A DNA stretch of 64,000 bases from Planctomycetota bacterium (GCA_965248575.1 CBDFJQ010000002.1:4128001-4192000), one strand, 5' to 3'. Counted from the stretch's first letter, positions 30,727 through 40,848 are shown. The notes: a model not told the origin generated them from the sequence alone. Numbers and translations: made by a program.

Positions 30727-31770
30727 TCAAGGGTGGGGCGTGATCTCGAAGGGAGTCTCCGCCATGGGTGTCCAGTGCATGCGCGGCGGCTCGGTTCCGC
30801 TGCGCTGCCTGTAGATGCGCAGGTGCGGAAAGAGTGCGTTGCTGGGCAAGGGGTGCTCTGCCCACGGATTGAGAATGAGATCGCCCCTCATGAACAGCCG
30901 GCCCTCTTCGTCGTCGCGACGGCCGAAGACGAGCACGGCCGACACGTGGCCGAAGTGCCAGCGGTCCCCGAAGAAGGTGCCGTCGCTGGGGTCGTGGGTG
31001 GAGTGCCATTCGCCTTCGGGGTCCTGCTCCCGGTCGGCTTCTCCGAACGCCCAGTCGGCGATGATGGATGTGAGCTGCGAATCCGTGTCTTGATAGATGC
31101 AGATGATGTAGGGCAGCGCTTCCCGCAGGCAGAGCTCCTTGTAGGCGGCGGCCTTCTTCTCCAGCACGCGCACGACGGAATCGCTCAGTTCGTGGGCTTC
31201 GGCCTGCTCTGCGGCAGTTCGTTCTGCGGCGCGCTTGCGTGCGCGCGCACGGGCTTCGCGCTTGTCCGCTTCGCGGCGCAGGTCGTGCCGAGCGTGCGAG
31301 CTTGGGCCAGCCTTCCCGCTGGGTGATGCGCGCGGGAGCTCAAAGGAGTCGGCGCACTCCGGGGAGTGGTCCCAGGGGTTCTCGCCGCGGCCCGTGATGG
31401 AACGCACCTCGGCCAGGATGCGCAGACCGGGTCGCTTCAGCATCAGGTCGGGGGACTGCTTGCCGATGCGCGGTTCGAACTCGAGTTCGAAGCCCTCCCG
31501 GGTCATGACACCCGCCGCCAGCAGGTGCGCCATGGCGCCGGCGTGTTGCCCCCAGCGTTCGTTGAGCAGACCTTTGCGCAAGACGTCCTGGCTGTCCGCG
31601 GCGAGCTGCCAGCAGTGCGCCAGCACCCGGCGCATGTTCATGGCTTCGGGGCTGTCCGACAGCAGCAGGCGCCGCACGTGGGAGTCGACCGGCAGGTCCT
31701 GGGCCCAGACCAGGCAGCCCTGGTCGAAGAGGGCGTGCTCAGACGGCTTGAGGTTGGGTGCGGGCTTCAT
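30727..31770 (-). CDS. Hypothetical protein with a PD-(D/E)xK-like motif
   Basis: FEP.....SPDLML.....LAEVRS; overlaps the 3' end of the upstream synthase gene. Confidence 0.6.
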   Translation of the reverse strand: MKPAPNLKPSEHALFDQGCLVWAQDLPVDSHVRRLLLSDSPEAMNMRRVLAHCWQLAADSQDVLRKGLLNERWGQHAGAMAHLLAAGVMTREGFELEFEPRIGKQSPDLMLKRPGLRILAEVRSITGRGENPWDHSPECADSFELPRASPSGKAGPSSHARHDLRREADKREARARARKRAAERTAAEQAEAHELSDSVVRVLEKKAAAYKELCLREALPYIICIYQDTDSQLTSIIADWAFGEADREQDPEGEWHSTHDPSDGTFFGDRWHFGHVSAVLVFGRRDDEEGRLFMRGDLILNPWAEHPLPSNALFPHLRIYRQRSGTEPPRMHWTPMAETPFEITPHP

Positions 31771-33022
31771 CGCACGGCTCAGCGGCTGGCGGCAGCGCCT
31801 GGGCTGCAGCCGTCATGTCGGACACGATGCGGCGCGCCACCCGGCGGGTCCAGGCCCGGGAGACGACGGCGGGCAGGGCCTGGCCCAGCAGCGCCAGGCT
31901 GGAGGGGCGGTCGCCCCAAGGTGTTTGACCGATCCGGGCGCACGTGCCCCGGTAGTGCCGGTCGGTGAACAGCAGCAAGAGCAAGGTGCTGGCGCCGAGC
32001 AATCGCGAACGGTGCAACTCCACGAAGCGGCCGTAGTCCGGGGCCCGTTCGAGGGCGAGGCGCAGGAACTCCATGCGCACCTTGCGCACACGCTCGACCA
32101 GCTCGGGGTCCGCGCCGTCCTCGGATTCCACCTGATGCAAGGCGGAGGGCAGGTCCCGGTCGCCGCGCCCGAACACGGCACGGGGTCGGCTCAAGCGGCG
32201 GCCGAGATCACCCGCCAGGGCAGAGCTGTAGGCCACGCCCCGGGAGAGGTCCTTCTCGACATCGCGGGTGACGTTGGCCAGCTGCACGAACTCGCCCGCG
32301 CGCATGGCGGTCTCGTGTTCGTCGCTCGGGAGATCAGGGGAGGCCTTCGCCACCAGCTTCGACAAGCGGGCGACGTAGACCACGGGATTGCCCAGCACCT
32401 CGCGGCAGTAGCGCAGCAACTGGGCGTCGTCCTGCAGCACGCCCCCCTGGCGGGCGAAGACGTCGCTGCCCCAGATCATGCCGGCGGCCATGTCTGTCAC
32501 CAGGTCGCGGATGATGCCGCGCACATCGGCTGCGAGGCTGGCGTGCACGCGGTCCACGAGGGCGCAGCGTTCCAGCAGCAGGACATGGGCGCGGTCCGCG
32601 GGGTCGGCGCTGCGGGCAGCTAGGGCGTCCAAGACGGGCGGGGCCGCCAGCAGGCCGTCGGCGTCCGGCGTGTCGAAGCGTGCGGCGAATCCGTGAAGCG
32701 CTGCCTCGCGGGCGCCTGAATCGAGCACCAGGTCTTCATAGGTGTCGAGCATGCGGCAGTAGAGGTAGGCCACCGCTGAGGCCTTGGCGCTGCGCCCGGG
32801 CAGCATGGCGATGGACGCCGAGAAGGTCCGCGCAGCGTGGGGTAGGATGGCCCACACAAACTGCTCGGGATCGGCGATGCGCCCCAACGCCGCCAGATCT
32901 GGGTCGCCACGGTCCACGACGAGGTCGCGGACCAGCAGCCAAGGGCGTCGAAGCACGAATGGGAGAGTGGCCATGGCCAGCAGGATAGCGATGCGATCCC
33001 TGCTTCGTGCATGTGTCGCCAC
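31739..33022 (-). CDS. Squalene/phytoene synthase family protein (squalene synthase-like)
   Basis: ARTF, YLYCRMLDTYED, YC..V.G, QLANVTRDVEKD. Confidence 0.85.
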   Translation of the reverse strand: MATHARSRDRIAILLAMATLPFVLRRPWLLVRDLVVDRGDPDLAALGRIADPEQFVWAILPHAARTFSASIAMLPGRSAKASAVAYLYCRMLDTYEDLVLDSGAREAALHGFAARFDTPDADGLLAAPPVLDALAARSADPADRAHVLLLERCALVDRVHASLAADVRGIIRDLVTDMAAGMIWGSDVFARQGGVLQDDAQLLRYCREVLGNPVVYVARLSKLVAKASPDLPSDEHETAMRAGEFVQLANVTRDVEKDLSRGVAYSSALAGDLGRRLSRPRAVFGRGDRDLPSALHQVESEDGADPELVERVRKVRMEFLRLALERAPDYGRFVELHRSRLLGASTLLLLLFTDRHYRGTCARIGQTPWGDRPSSLALLGQALPAVVSRAWTRRVARRIVSDMTAAAQALPPAAEPCDEARTQPQAV

Positions 33023-33080
33023 CTATGTCCGCAGATGGACACTGGTGAGTGGGCTGGCCCTCGGAGGTATCCTCCCGGCC

Positions 33081-34139
33081 ATGTCTGACTCCGACCCCAA
33101 CTTCGAGCCCCTGCGACCACCTGTCCTGGGCTTCGTGATGGAGTGGGACGAGGCCCGAGACGTCTATCGCGTGCGCTCCGTCGAGCAGCAGTCCGTGCTC
33201 GTGACCGGCTCGCTGGCGGTCTGCCAGGGGGCGTTGGTGGGTGCCTTGGAGGAAGCGTGGGGGACCGGGCATCCCAACCTCGCGATCCCGACTCCGGGCG
33301 GCATGCAGTTCTGGGCGGATGTGTTCTGGTTCGCCGGTTGGCGCATCCAGGAGAACGTCTACACGGGGCACTACCGCCTCTTGGACTCGGGCAAGGTGCG
33401 CCGCGCGTGGGGCAGTCGCGAGGCTTGCCGCACGGCCTTCGAGCGTGCCCGGGTCAAGGAGAAGCTGGTGATGAAGGACGCCCATGTCGTGGTGCTCATG
33501 CACGGCTTGGGGCGCACCCGGGAGTCCCTGTCGCGCATGAAATGGGAGCTACGCAACGCCGGCTACATCACCGCGAGCATCACCTACCCGAGCACGCGCC
33601 GGTCGCTGCTGGAGCATGCCGACCAGCTGACGGACATCCTGGATCGGCTGGAGGGTGTCGCCACCGTGTCCTTCGTGACGCACAGCTTGGGCGGCCTCGT
33701 GGTGCGCTCGGCCCTGGCCCGGGAGGCCGCGTGGCGCCAGCGCATCCTGGTGGGCCGGCTGGTGATGCTGGCGCCGCCCAGCCAAGGCTCGCACCTTGCG
33801 GAAGAGCTGGAAGACTTCCTGCCCGCCCAACTGGTCCTGGGCCCCTCGGCCGGCGACGTGGCTGAGATGAATGAGCTGGAGGCCATGCCGAGCCCGGAGT
33901 GCTCCTTCGGGATCATCGCGGCAGGGGGCCCTGGTTCCGGCGGTTGGAACCCGCTCATCGCCGGTGATGACGATGGCGTCGTGTCTGTCGAAGAGACCCG
34001 TCTGGAAGGGGCGGACGACTTCTTGTTGGTGCGCGGGCTGCACACCTTCTTCATGAACGACTCAGACGTCATCCGCGCCACGGTCTGCTTCTTGAAGACC
34101 GGCAGCTTCACCGAGCCCGAAATCGGCGAGGGCGGTTAG
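33081..34139 (+). CDS. Alpha/beta hydrolase (lipase/esterase-like)
   Basis: LMHGLGR, THSLGG nucleophile elbow, DDGVV, HTFFM. Confidence 0.85.
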   Translation: MSDSDPNFEPLRPPVLGFVMEWDEARDVYRVRSVEQQSVLVTGSLAVCQGALVGALEEAWGTGHPNLAIPTPGGMQFWADVFWFAGWRIQENVYTGHYRLLDSGKVRRAWGSREACRTAFERARVKEKLVMKDAHVVVLMHGLGRTRESLSRMKWELRNAGYITASITYPSTRRSLLEHADQLTDILDRLEGVATVSFVTHSLGGLVVRSALAREAAWRQRILVGRLVMLAPPSQGSHLAEELEDFLPAQLVLGPSAGDVAEMNELEAMPSPECSFGIIAAGGPGSGGWNPLIAGDDDGVVSVEETRLEGADDFLLVRGLHTFFMNDSDVIRATVCFLKTGSFTEPEIGEGG

Positions 34140-34525
34140 TTCCAGACGCGCTCGCGCACGGCAGAGATGATCTGCAGCAGCACGCCCTCGGCCACGTCGT
34201 CGAGCGGCCGCACGCTGATGTGCGTGCGCGTCTGCTGCATGGGGCTCATGCGCACCTGGACGCGTTGGCCGTAGGCATTGGCGGCCTCGAGCAGCACCAC
34301 ACCGTTCTGGTAGTCGCGGCGGTCGATGAGAAACCCAGCGCTCTCCAGGGCTGCCGCGGCCACCTGGTTGACTGCGGCCAGGGGTTTGCCGATCTCCGTC
34401 TGGACGCCCTCGTTCTTCGGAACCGAGAGGGGCGCGTTGACGGGCGTGGTCTCGCACGAGGCACAGGGCAGCGCGAAGGCGACGGCGAGCAGCACCGTGG
34501 CCATTGAGTACGTGCGCGGGATCAT
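34136..34525 (-). CDS. Small lipoprotein (DUF3568-like)
   Basis: CASC lipobox, about 130 aa, alpha/beta pattern. Confidence 0.55.
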   Translation of the reverse strand: MIPRTYSMATVLLAVAFALPCASCETTPVNAPLSVPKNEGVQTEIGKPLAAVNQVAAAALESAGFLIDRRDYQNGVVLLEAANAYGQRVQVRMSPMQQTRTHISVRPLDDVAEGVLLQIISAVRERVWN

Positions 34526-34638
34526 GCGGCTGCCTCGGGTGGGGAGGGTGCGTCGGTTCCCGCGCGTGGTCCGCGCCGGAACGGAGGCCAGGGTAGCTTG
34601 GAGCAGCGGGCGCTTCGACAGCCCAATCAACAGCTGGC

Positions 34639-35325
34639 TCAGAGGAACCAGAGCCGGAGCGACATGAGCGCGGCCGCCGCATTCATGAGCAACTGGCTGG
34701 GCCAGGGCGCGCTGGATTGCAGAGGTCGTGTGCGCAGACATTTGATGATGTGTTGGGCCGCGCGCTGGCGGCTCATGAGAAACGGCTTCCAACGAGACTG
34801 CGCCATCTTGGTGTCCACGAACCCGAAGCGGACGACGGTCACGGCGACGCCCGAGGAGCGCAGCGAGAGGCCCAGGGCCTTGAGCCACGACGAGAGGCCC
34901 GCCTTGCTAGCGGAGTAGCTGGGCGCGTCGGGGATCAGCGCGATGTCCGCAAGGCTGGACAGGCCGATGAAGTGGCCGCGGCCTGCCTCGAGCATGCGTG
35001 GGATCAGCACCTCGGCCGTGTCCACGGCGGCCAGGAAGTTGGTTTCGAGCACGCGGCGTTCGTGGGCCAGGCCGGGCAGCGCCAGAGGCTCGCCGATCCC
35101 CACGCAGTAGACGCACACGTCGAAGGGGCCGCGTTCCTGTGCGAGCTCCGTGAGCTGAGTCCGGTAGTCCGGCGAACGCACGTCCTGCATGCGCTGGGCT
35201 TGCGCCGGGAGGTCGGGGCAGGGGCTGCGCGACAAGCCCGTGACGTCCCAACCGAGCTCGGTCAGTTGCCGGGCCAACTCGCGCCCGATGCCATCCGATG
35301 CACCGATAATCAGGGCAGATGCCAT
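34639..35325 (-). CDS. Short-chain dehydrogenase/reductase
   Basis: IGASDGIG, YSASK, GFVDTKM. Confidence 0.92.
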   Translation of the reverse strand: MASALIIGASDGIGRELARQLTELGWDVTGLSRSPCPDLPAQAQRMQDVRSPDYRTQLTELAQERGPFDVCVYCVGIGEPLALPGLAHERRVLETNFLAAVDTAEVLIPRMLEAGRGHFIGLSSLADIALIPDAPSYSASKAGLSSWLKALGLSLRSSGVAVTVVRFGFVDTKMAQSRWKPFLMSRQRAAQHIIKCLRTRPLQSSAPWPSQLLMNAAAALMSLRLWFL

Positions 35326-35326
35326 C

Positions 35327-36136
35327 TCAGCCCTTTGCGCTCGCCAGTTCGTCGAGCAGCTCTTGCAGGGCAGGCTCCACGGTGTCCGCCAGGGCCTCGT
35401 GCCCGACGGTGGAGGGGTGCAGGCCGTCCGGCAGCATCATGCCCGCCTCCATGACGACGGATTGCATGAAGAAGGGGATCAGCGGCACGTCCTCGTCTTC
35501 GGCGATGCGCTTGTAGATGGCCGAGAACCCGCGCGTGTAGTCGAGCCCATAGTTGCCGGGGATCTTCATGCCGAGCAGCAGCACGAGGGCTTCGGCTTCT
35601 TGTGCGCGCCGGACCAACGCGCGCAGGTTGGCCTCGACCGAGTCGAGTTCGATGCCGCGCAGACCGTCGTTGGCGCCCAGCTCGACCACGACGATGTCCG
35701 GCTTCTGCCGCAGCTGCCACTCCAGGCGGCGCAGGCCCCCGGAGCTGGTGTCACCGGAGAGGCCAGCGTTGACGAAGCGGATGGGTTGGCCCTTGGCCGC
35801 AAAGCGTTTGGCGAGCAGGGCGGGGAAGGCCTCGTCCGCGGGCAGGTGCAGGCCGGCGGTGATGCTGTCGCCCAGGAAGGAGACCAGCGGGCCCGTGCCC
35901 ACGTTGGCTGTCGCTCCTGAGGCGGCGGCCCGAGCTTCGCGAAGTTCTTGCTGACCTGTTGAGTACTCGGTGGATGCACTGCTATCCCCTGCGTCCGATT
36001 CAGGGCTCGTGCGGGGCACGCCGCCGCTCTCGAGGTATTTGTCGGTCGAAGTCGACTCGGTCGCAGCATCACCGCAGGCGGTGAGCAGGACGGCGGCGAG
36101 GATCCAGGACAGGGTGGAAGCGACGGCGGCGGGCAT
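35327..36136 (-). CDS. tesA: Arylesterase / acyl-CoA thioesterase I (SGNH), lipoprotein
   Basis: GDSITAG, NAGLSGDTS, ELGANDG, DGLHP; divergent from ybbA-ybbP, the known synteny. Confidence 0.85.
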   Translation of the reverse strand: MPAAVASTLSWILAAVLLTACGDAATESTSTDKYLESGGVPRTSPESDAGDSSASTEYSTGQQELREARAAASGATANVGTGPLVSFLGDSITAGLHLPADEAFPALLAKRFAAKGQPIRFVNAGLSGDTSSGGLRRLEWQLRQKPDIVVVELGANDGLRGIELDSVEANLRALVRRAQEAEALVLLLGMKIPGNYGLDYTRGFSAIYKRIAEDEDVPLIPFFMQSVVMEAGMMLPDGLHPSTVGHEALADTVEPALQELLDELASAKG

Positions 36137-36168
36137 CCCGCGATCCTATCAGGCACGATGGGCAACCC

Positions 36169-36966
36169 ATGACCGCACCTCTTGATGCCTCCCACGAAGC
36201 GCCCTCGGAACCTGCCTCCGGGCCCGCCTCGGAACGAGGCTCCGAACCGGGCCCTGATGCAGCCCCCGGAACAACCTCCGGAACGCCCCGTCTGCTTTGC
36301 CGTGGGCTGACCCGCCGGCTGCCTTCGGGCGACCACCTGCTGACCGTCCTGGACGGTGTGGACCTGCGCATCGAGGCCGGGGAGTTCGTGGCGATCCTCG
36401 GCCCTTCGGGCAGCGGCAAGTCGACGCTGCTGGGCTTGCTGGCCGGTCTCGACCGCCCCACAGAAGGCAGCGTGCAGCTGGACGGCCTGGCCCTGGAGAC
36501 CCAGAGCGAAGACGCCCTGGCGCTGCTGCGGCGGACGAAGGTGGGCTTCGTGTTCCAGAGTTTCCAGCTGCTGTCGAACCTCACGGCGCGCGAGAACATC
36601 CTGCTGCCCATGGAGCTGGGGGGCCTGGACGGGGCGGGTCCCCGGGCGGACGAACTGCTGGCGCGGGTGGGCCTGTCGGAACGCGGCCATCACTACCCCA
36701 GCCAGCTCTCCGGGGGCGAGCAGCAGCGGGTGGCCTTGGCCCGGGCCTTTGGCCCCCGGCCTTCCCTGCTGTTGGCGGACGAACCCACCGGAAACCTCGA
36801 CAGCGAGACGGGCAGCCAGGCGCTGGACCTGCTGGTGGAGCTGCGGGAGTCGGAGGGCAGCACCCTGGTGTTGGTGACCCACGACAGCCAGGTGGCCCAG
36901 CGCGCGGACCGCCGGCTGCACATGGCCGCCGGGCGCCTGGTGCGTGACGAGAGCGGGCCCTCGTGA
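36169..36966 (+). CDS. ybbA: ABC transporter ATP-binding protein (YbbA/LolD-like)
   Basis: GPSGSGKST, LSGGEQQR, ADEPTGNLD. Confidence 0.9.
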   Translation: MTAPLDASHEAPSEPASGPASERGSEPGPDAAPGTTSGTPRLLCRGLTRRLPSGDHLLTVLDGVDLRIEAGEFVAILGPSGSGKSTLLGLLAGLDRPTEGSVQLDGLALETQSEDALALLRRTKVGFVFQSFQLLSNLTARENILLPMELGGLDGAGPRADELLARVGLSERGHHYPSQLSGGEQQRVALARAFGPRPSLLLADEPTGNLDSETGSQALDLLVELRESEGSTLVLVTHDSQVAQRADRRLHMAAGRLVRDESGPS

Positions 36967-39665
36967 AGCTCGCGGGATACCTCACGGCCATGCGCCGGGA
37001 GTCCCGAGGGAGCCGCGGTCGCCTGCTGTTCTTCACCGGCTGTCTGGCGGTGGGGGTTGCGGCGGTGGTGGGCGTGGGCGTGCTGGTGGGCTTGCTCGAC
37101 GAGGGTGTGCGTCGCAATGCGCGCCAGCTGCTGGCCGCGGACATGGTGGTCAGCGCGCGGCGGCCGTTGCCGGAAGAGCTGGGCGAGGCGCTCGCCCAAG
37201 AGGTGGGGTTGGAGCGCACCGATGTGCGCGAGTTGGCCACGGTGGTTTCGAGTGGCCCGAGGGCAGGTGCGGGGGCGAGTGACGAGGCAGGCGCCGAGAC
37301 CGGCAAGACCCGCAGCCGCCTCACAGAGCTGAAGGTCGTGAAGGGGCAGTACCCCTTCTATGGCGACCTGGTCCTGGACCCGCCCGGCAGCTTGGGCGCG
37401 GCCCTGGACGCCGAGTCGGTGGTGGTGGCCCCTGAGTTGCTCGCCGCCTTGCAGCTGAGTCGAGGCGACGAGTTGTTGGTGGGCGGGGCGTCGTTCCGGA
37501 TCGCTGCCTCGGTGGTGAGTGAACCGGATCGCATGGGCTTCTCGCTGACCTTGGGCCCGCGGGTGTTCATGACCGCCGAGGGGCTGGAGCGCACCGCCTT
37601 GCTGGGGGTTGGAAACAGGGTGCGCTACAAAGCCCTGCTGCGAGCGCCCGGCGCAGCCACCGGGCTGCAGTTGGCCGCCCTGGAAGGCCGCTTGCGCGAG
37701 GCCTTGCCCGACGCGGGCTTCCTACGCTTCGAAACCTTCGACGAGGCCCAACCGACCCTGCGCCGCGCCCTGGAGCGCGTGGAGGACTACCTCGGTCTGG
37801 TGGCCTTGCTTTCGCTCTTGCTGGGCGGCGTGGGTGTGGCCCAGATCGTGCGCACCTGGATGGCGGAGCGCACCGAGGGGGTGGCGGTCCTGCGCTGCCT
37901 CGGCATGCGTCCGTGGGAGATCCTGTGGCTGTACGTGGCCCAGGTCTGCGTGCTCGCCCTGGCGGGTAGCGTGTTGGGCGCCTTGCTCGGCACGGTCTTT
38001 CCCTACGCACTGCTGAGCGCTGTTCCGGATGTCCTGCCCCCGGGCTTTCTCGGGGCCCCTCCCGTGTGGCCGGTGCTGCGAGGCCTCGCGCTGGGCATGG
38101 GGGTGGCGTTGGTGTTCAGCTTGCCGCCGCTGCTGGCCGTCTGGCGCGTGCCGCCCGCGCGGGTCCTGCGGGCGGATGCGGCGCCGCTGCCCGCACCGCG
38201 CTGGATGGCCATCAGTGCCGTGCTCGTGTTGCTGCTCGGGCTCTTCGGCAGCGCCTTCGTGCAATCCGGTGACTGGCTCACGGCGCTGATCTTCACGGGC
38301 GGGCTGGTGGTGCTGATCGGCTTGCTCGCGCTCGGCGCCCGTACGTTGATGCGCGCGTCGCGTGCCCTGCCCCGGGAGCGCATGCACCCCTATCTGGCGC
38401 ACGGTGTGGCCGCCCTGTCCCGGCCGGGTGCCGGCACGGTGGGGGCGGTGGTGGCCTTGGGGCTGGGCGTGCTCGTGGTGCTGGCGATGCTGCTCGTGGA
38501 GGGCCGGCTGGCAGAGGAACTGCGCACGGCCTTGCCCGAGGAAGCCCCCAGCAGCTTCCTGGTGGACGTGCAACCGGACCAATGGATGGGAGTGCGCGCC
38601 GCAATGTTGGCGGAGGGTGCTGAGGCGGTGGACTCGGTGCCGGTGGTGATGGCGAGGTTGGCGGAGATCGATGGGACGTCTGTGGCGGATCTGTTGGCGC
38701 GACGTCGGGTAAGGCGGGGTGCGGCAGGGGGCGAGGGAGAAGGCGATGGGTCCAGCGCCGACGCAGGCTCACGCTCCGAGTACGAGTCAGAGAACACAGG
38801 AGACAGCGAAGCCGAGCGCGAGGGCGGCGGAGAGGCTGGCCGCGACGGCGGGAGCCCGCGCTGGGTGCTGAGCCGGGAGCAACGATTGACCTGGCGCCAG
38901 GACCTTCCCGCGGACAACCGCATCCTGGAGGGGGAGCTCTGGTCCGACCCGGAGCGGGCCGAGGTGAGCCTGGAGGAGGGCTTCGCCGAGGACTTGGGAG
39001 TGGGCGTGGGGTCGGAGTTGGTGTTCGACATCCAAGGCGTGCTGGTCGACGTGCTGGTGAGCAGCATCCGCTCGGTGGAGTGGCGCAGCTTCTCGATTAA
39101 CTTCTTCGTGATCGTCGAGCCGGGGTTGCTGGAGAGTGCGCCGCACTTTCGGATTGCCGCGGCGCGATTGAGCCGGGAGGGTGAGAACGCGTTGGAGGCG
39201 CAGCTCGTGGAGCGTTATCCAAACGTCACGTTGTTGAGGGTGCGGGACATCATCGAGAAGGTGGGGGAGCTGCTGGGACGGTTGGCGTTGGGGATTCGAT
39301 TGCTGGGCGGCTTCACAGCCCTGGCGGGTGTGGTGATCCTGGCGGGCGCCGTGGCGTCCACCTCCCTACGCCGCAGCCAAGAGGTGGCCTTGCTCAAGAC
39401 GATGGGGGTCACGCGCGGGGGAGTGGCTGCGCTGTTCGCCACTGAATACGCCCTGAGCGGGCTGCTTGCGGGATGCGTCGGGAGCCTGGGTGCGTACGCG
39501 TTGGCGTGGGCGTTCCTGGAGCACGTGGCCGACTTGGGAGCCGAGCTGCCCTGGGCGATCTTGCCGGTGGCGATCCTGCTGACGGGCTTGCTCGCCGTCT
39601 CCGCCGGGCTTGCGGCGAGCGGGCGTGCTTTGCGCGTGCCGCCGGTGGAGAGTCTTCGGCGCTAG
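36963..39665 (+). CDS. ybbP: ABC transporter permease (YbbP, double FtsX)
   Basis: YPFYG, two FtsX-like TM blocks, FLVDVQPDQ, INFFVI; GTGA coupling to ybbA. Confidence 0.88.
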   Translation: MKLAGYLTAMRRESRGSRGRLLFFTGCLAVGVAAVVGVGVLVGLLDEGVRRNARQLLAADMVVSARRPLPEELGEALAQEVGLERTDVRELATVVSSGPRAGAGASDEAGAETGKTRSRLTELKVVKGQYPFYGDLVLDPPGSLGAALDAESVVVAPELLAALQLSRGDELLVGGASFRIAASVVSEPDRMGFSLTLGPRVFMTAEGLERTALLGVGNRVRYKALLRAPGAATGLQLAALEGRLREALPDAGFLRFETFDEAQPTLRRALERVEDYLGLVALLSLLLGGVGVAQIVRTWMAERTEGVAVLRCLGMRPWEILWLYVAQVCVLALAGSVLGALLGTVFPYALLSAVPDVLPPGFLGAPPVWPVLRGLALGMGVALVFSLPPLLAVWRVPPARVLRADAAPLPAPRWMAISAVLVLLLGLFGSAFVQSGDWLTALIFTGGLVVLIGLLALGARTLMRASRALPRERMHPYLAHGVAALSRPGAGTVGAVVALGLGVLVVLAMLLVEGRLAEELRTALPEEAPSSFLVDVQPDQWMGVRAAMLAEGAEAVDSVPVVMARLAEIDGTSVADLLARRRVRRGAAGGEGEGDGSSADAGSRSEYESENTGDSEAEREGGGEAGRDGGSPRWVLSREQRLTWRQDLPADNRILEGELWSDPERAEVSLEEGFAEDLGVGVGSELVFDIQGVLVDVLVSSIRSVEWRSFSINFFVIVEPGLLESAPHFRIAAARLSREGENALEAQLVERYPNVTLLRVRDIIEKVGELLGRLALGIRLLGGFTALAGVVILAGAVASTSLRRSQEVALLKTMGVTRGGVAALFATEYALSGLLAGCVGSLGAYALAWAFLEHVADLGAELPWAILPVAILLTGLLAVSAGLAASGRALRVPPVESLRR

Positions 39666-39870
39666 CAGCTTGTGGCGTGTTAGGCGGACCTGTCGTTCAC
39701 CTCCATGATTGGGCGGCGAGATTGCGGCATTGAGGGAGCGAATCACTGGACAGCTGCCGATCTTCGCAGAGGAAGTTCGCTGGATATCAACTCAGAGACA
39801 ACGGATAGACGGACCTGCCTATCACGGTTACGCTCAGAGGCATGAAGAGGACGAACGACGCCGTTTTGGC

Positions 39871-39990
39871 GCGATGCAAGCAGTGGGAGAAGTTTGTGAA
39901 GCGAGTCGACCAAATCGATAGACGGCGGGAGCAGGGGCATGTCCCGCTCTGTTTGGTGACGAGTCGCTCACTGTCCAATTGTAGTTAGGC
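39871..39990 (+). repeat. Degenerate attC-like site (left core eroded)
   Basis: Nested inverted repeats AGCGAGTCG/CGAGTCGCT, ACCAAA/TTTGGT and GCGGGA/TCCCGC (39896-39971), ending in GTTAGGC 39984-39990; no clear RYYYAAC. Confidence 0.5.
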
Positions 39991-40006
39991 ACACGATGGA
40001 ACGTTC

Positions 40007-40267
40007 ATGGCCATCAGCACAGCAAAGGGCATTGGGTGGGTCGTCGCCGTCCCGCTTGCTGTTGCTGCAACGTCTGTCTGCGCTGCCATATCGGCTGACA
40101 ACTGGAACGCCCCAATCAGGGCCTTCGTTCTGTCTTGCGGCTGGTTTCCAGTAGCCGTGCTCCTGACCAAGCAGCGATCGTGGGTGTACTGGTGCACGCC
40201 TCTTGTCTTCGGTCTGCTCGCGACAGTCATCGTCACCGACCTGCCTAGCCGGATTCGCTGGCAGTGA
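40007..40267 (+). CDS. Cassette-encoded small membrane protein (86 aa, about 3 TM)
   Basis: Fills the cassette between GTTAGGC 39984 and attC 40292; hydrophobic segments. Confidence 0.6.
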   Translation: MAISTAKGIGWVVAVPLAVAATSVCAAISADNWNAPIRAFVLSCGWFPVAVLLTKQRSWVYWCTPLVFGLLATVIVTDLPSRIRWQ

Positions 40268-40291
40268 TCAATCTTTCGCCCTACGGTCGGT

Positions 40292-40354
40292 GCCTAACAA
40301 GCCGTTGCAACGGACCGGGCTGCGCCCGGCCGCTGAACGGCAGGTCCGTTAGGC
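40292..40354 (+). repeat. attC site (63 bp, canonical)
   Basis: GCCTAAC-AAGCC-GTTGCAAC-GGACCGGGC-TGC-GCCCGGCC-GCTGAAC-GGCAGGTCC-GTTAGGC: complementary cores, L boxes, bulged bases. Confidence 0.95.
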
Positions 40355-40368
40355 ACACGGAGTAACGC

Positions 40369-40827
40369 GTGGAGACATTCCTTCAGTACTTGCCGTTGAT
40401 AGTATCGTTCGTGTCGCTGGCACTCGCTATCACTGCACTTCGCATTACGCTGGCCCGCCGACATGCAAACGCTGCCGACCGGGCGCTCAACCGCTTTAGT
40501 CGGTTCAATGAACAGCTCTTCGCACACCCCGAATTCCATGACGTGTTCAGCCAGACGTTTGCTGAGATCAAGAAGAGCAGTTCGGGTCGCCGGGAGTACT
40601 CAAGCGCCAAGGCATTTGCGTGGTTTGTTCTTAACCAAATGGAAGGCGTATACATGGATCGGTGGCGCGGCAATCTAACCGTAGAGTCATTCAAGTGCTA
40701 TGACACTTGGTTTTGCGCCACTCTCGCCAAGGACAACGCTGTCAGAGAATTCGTAGAAGGTCACGACGGCGCCAACCTCAAGTTCTTCGCCGCGCCCTAC
40801 CAGGAGTACATTCGAAGTGTTCTCTAG
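40369..40827 (+). CDS. Cassette-encoded protein with N-terminal TM and helical domain (DUF4760-like)
   Basis: GGAG SD before GTG start; TM segment, then LNQMEG...RGNL pattern. Confidence 0.75.
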   Translation: METFLQYLPLIVSFVSLALAITALRITLARRHANAADRALNRFSRFNEQLFAHPEFHDVFSQTFAEIKKSSSGRREYSSAKAFAWFVLNQMEGVYMDRWRGNLTVESFKCYDTWFCATLAKDNAVREFVEGHDGANLKFFAAPYQEYIRSVL

Positions 40828-40848
40828 CGCTTGCGAGATAGCGTCGGT

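Noticed and set aside
38700..38850. Low-complexity insert in ybbP as an intein or mobile element
   Set aside because: In-frame Gly/Glu/Arg-rich linker without intein motifs or terminal repeats
39640..39685. attI site at the left end of the array
   Set aside because: Only the GTTAGGC core is visible; there is no intI or promoter, and the upstream sequence is ybbP coding DNA
39709..39921. 70-aa ORF in the first cassette
   Set aside because: TTG start directly after an in-frame stop, no RBS, and it runs into the attC-like hairpin; probably a decayed cassette gene, so not called as a CDS
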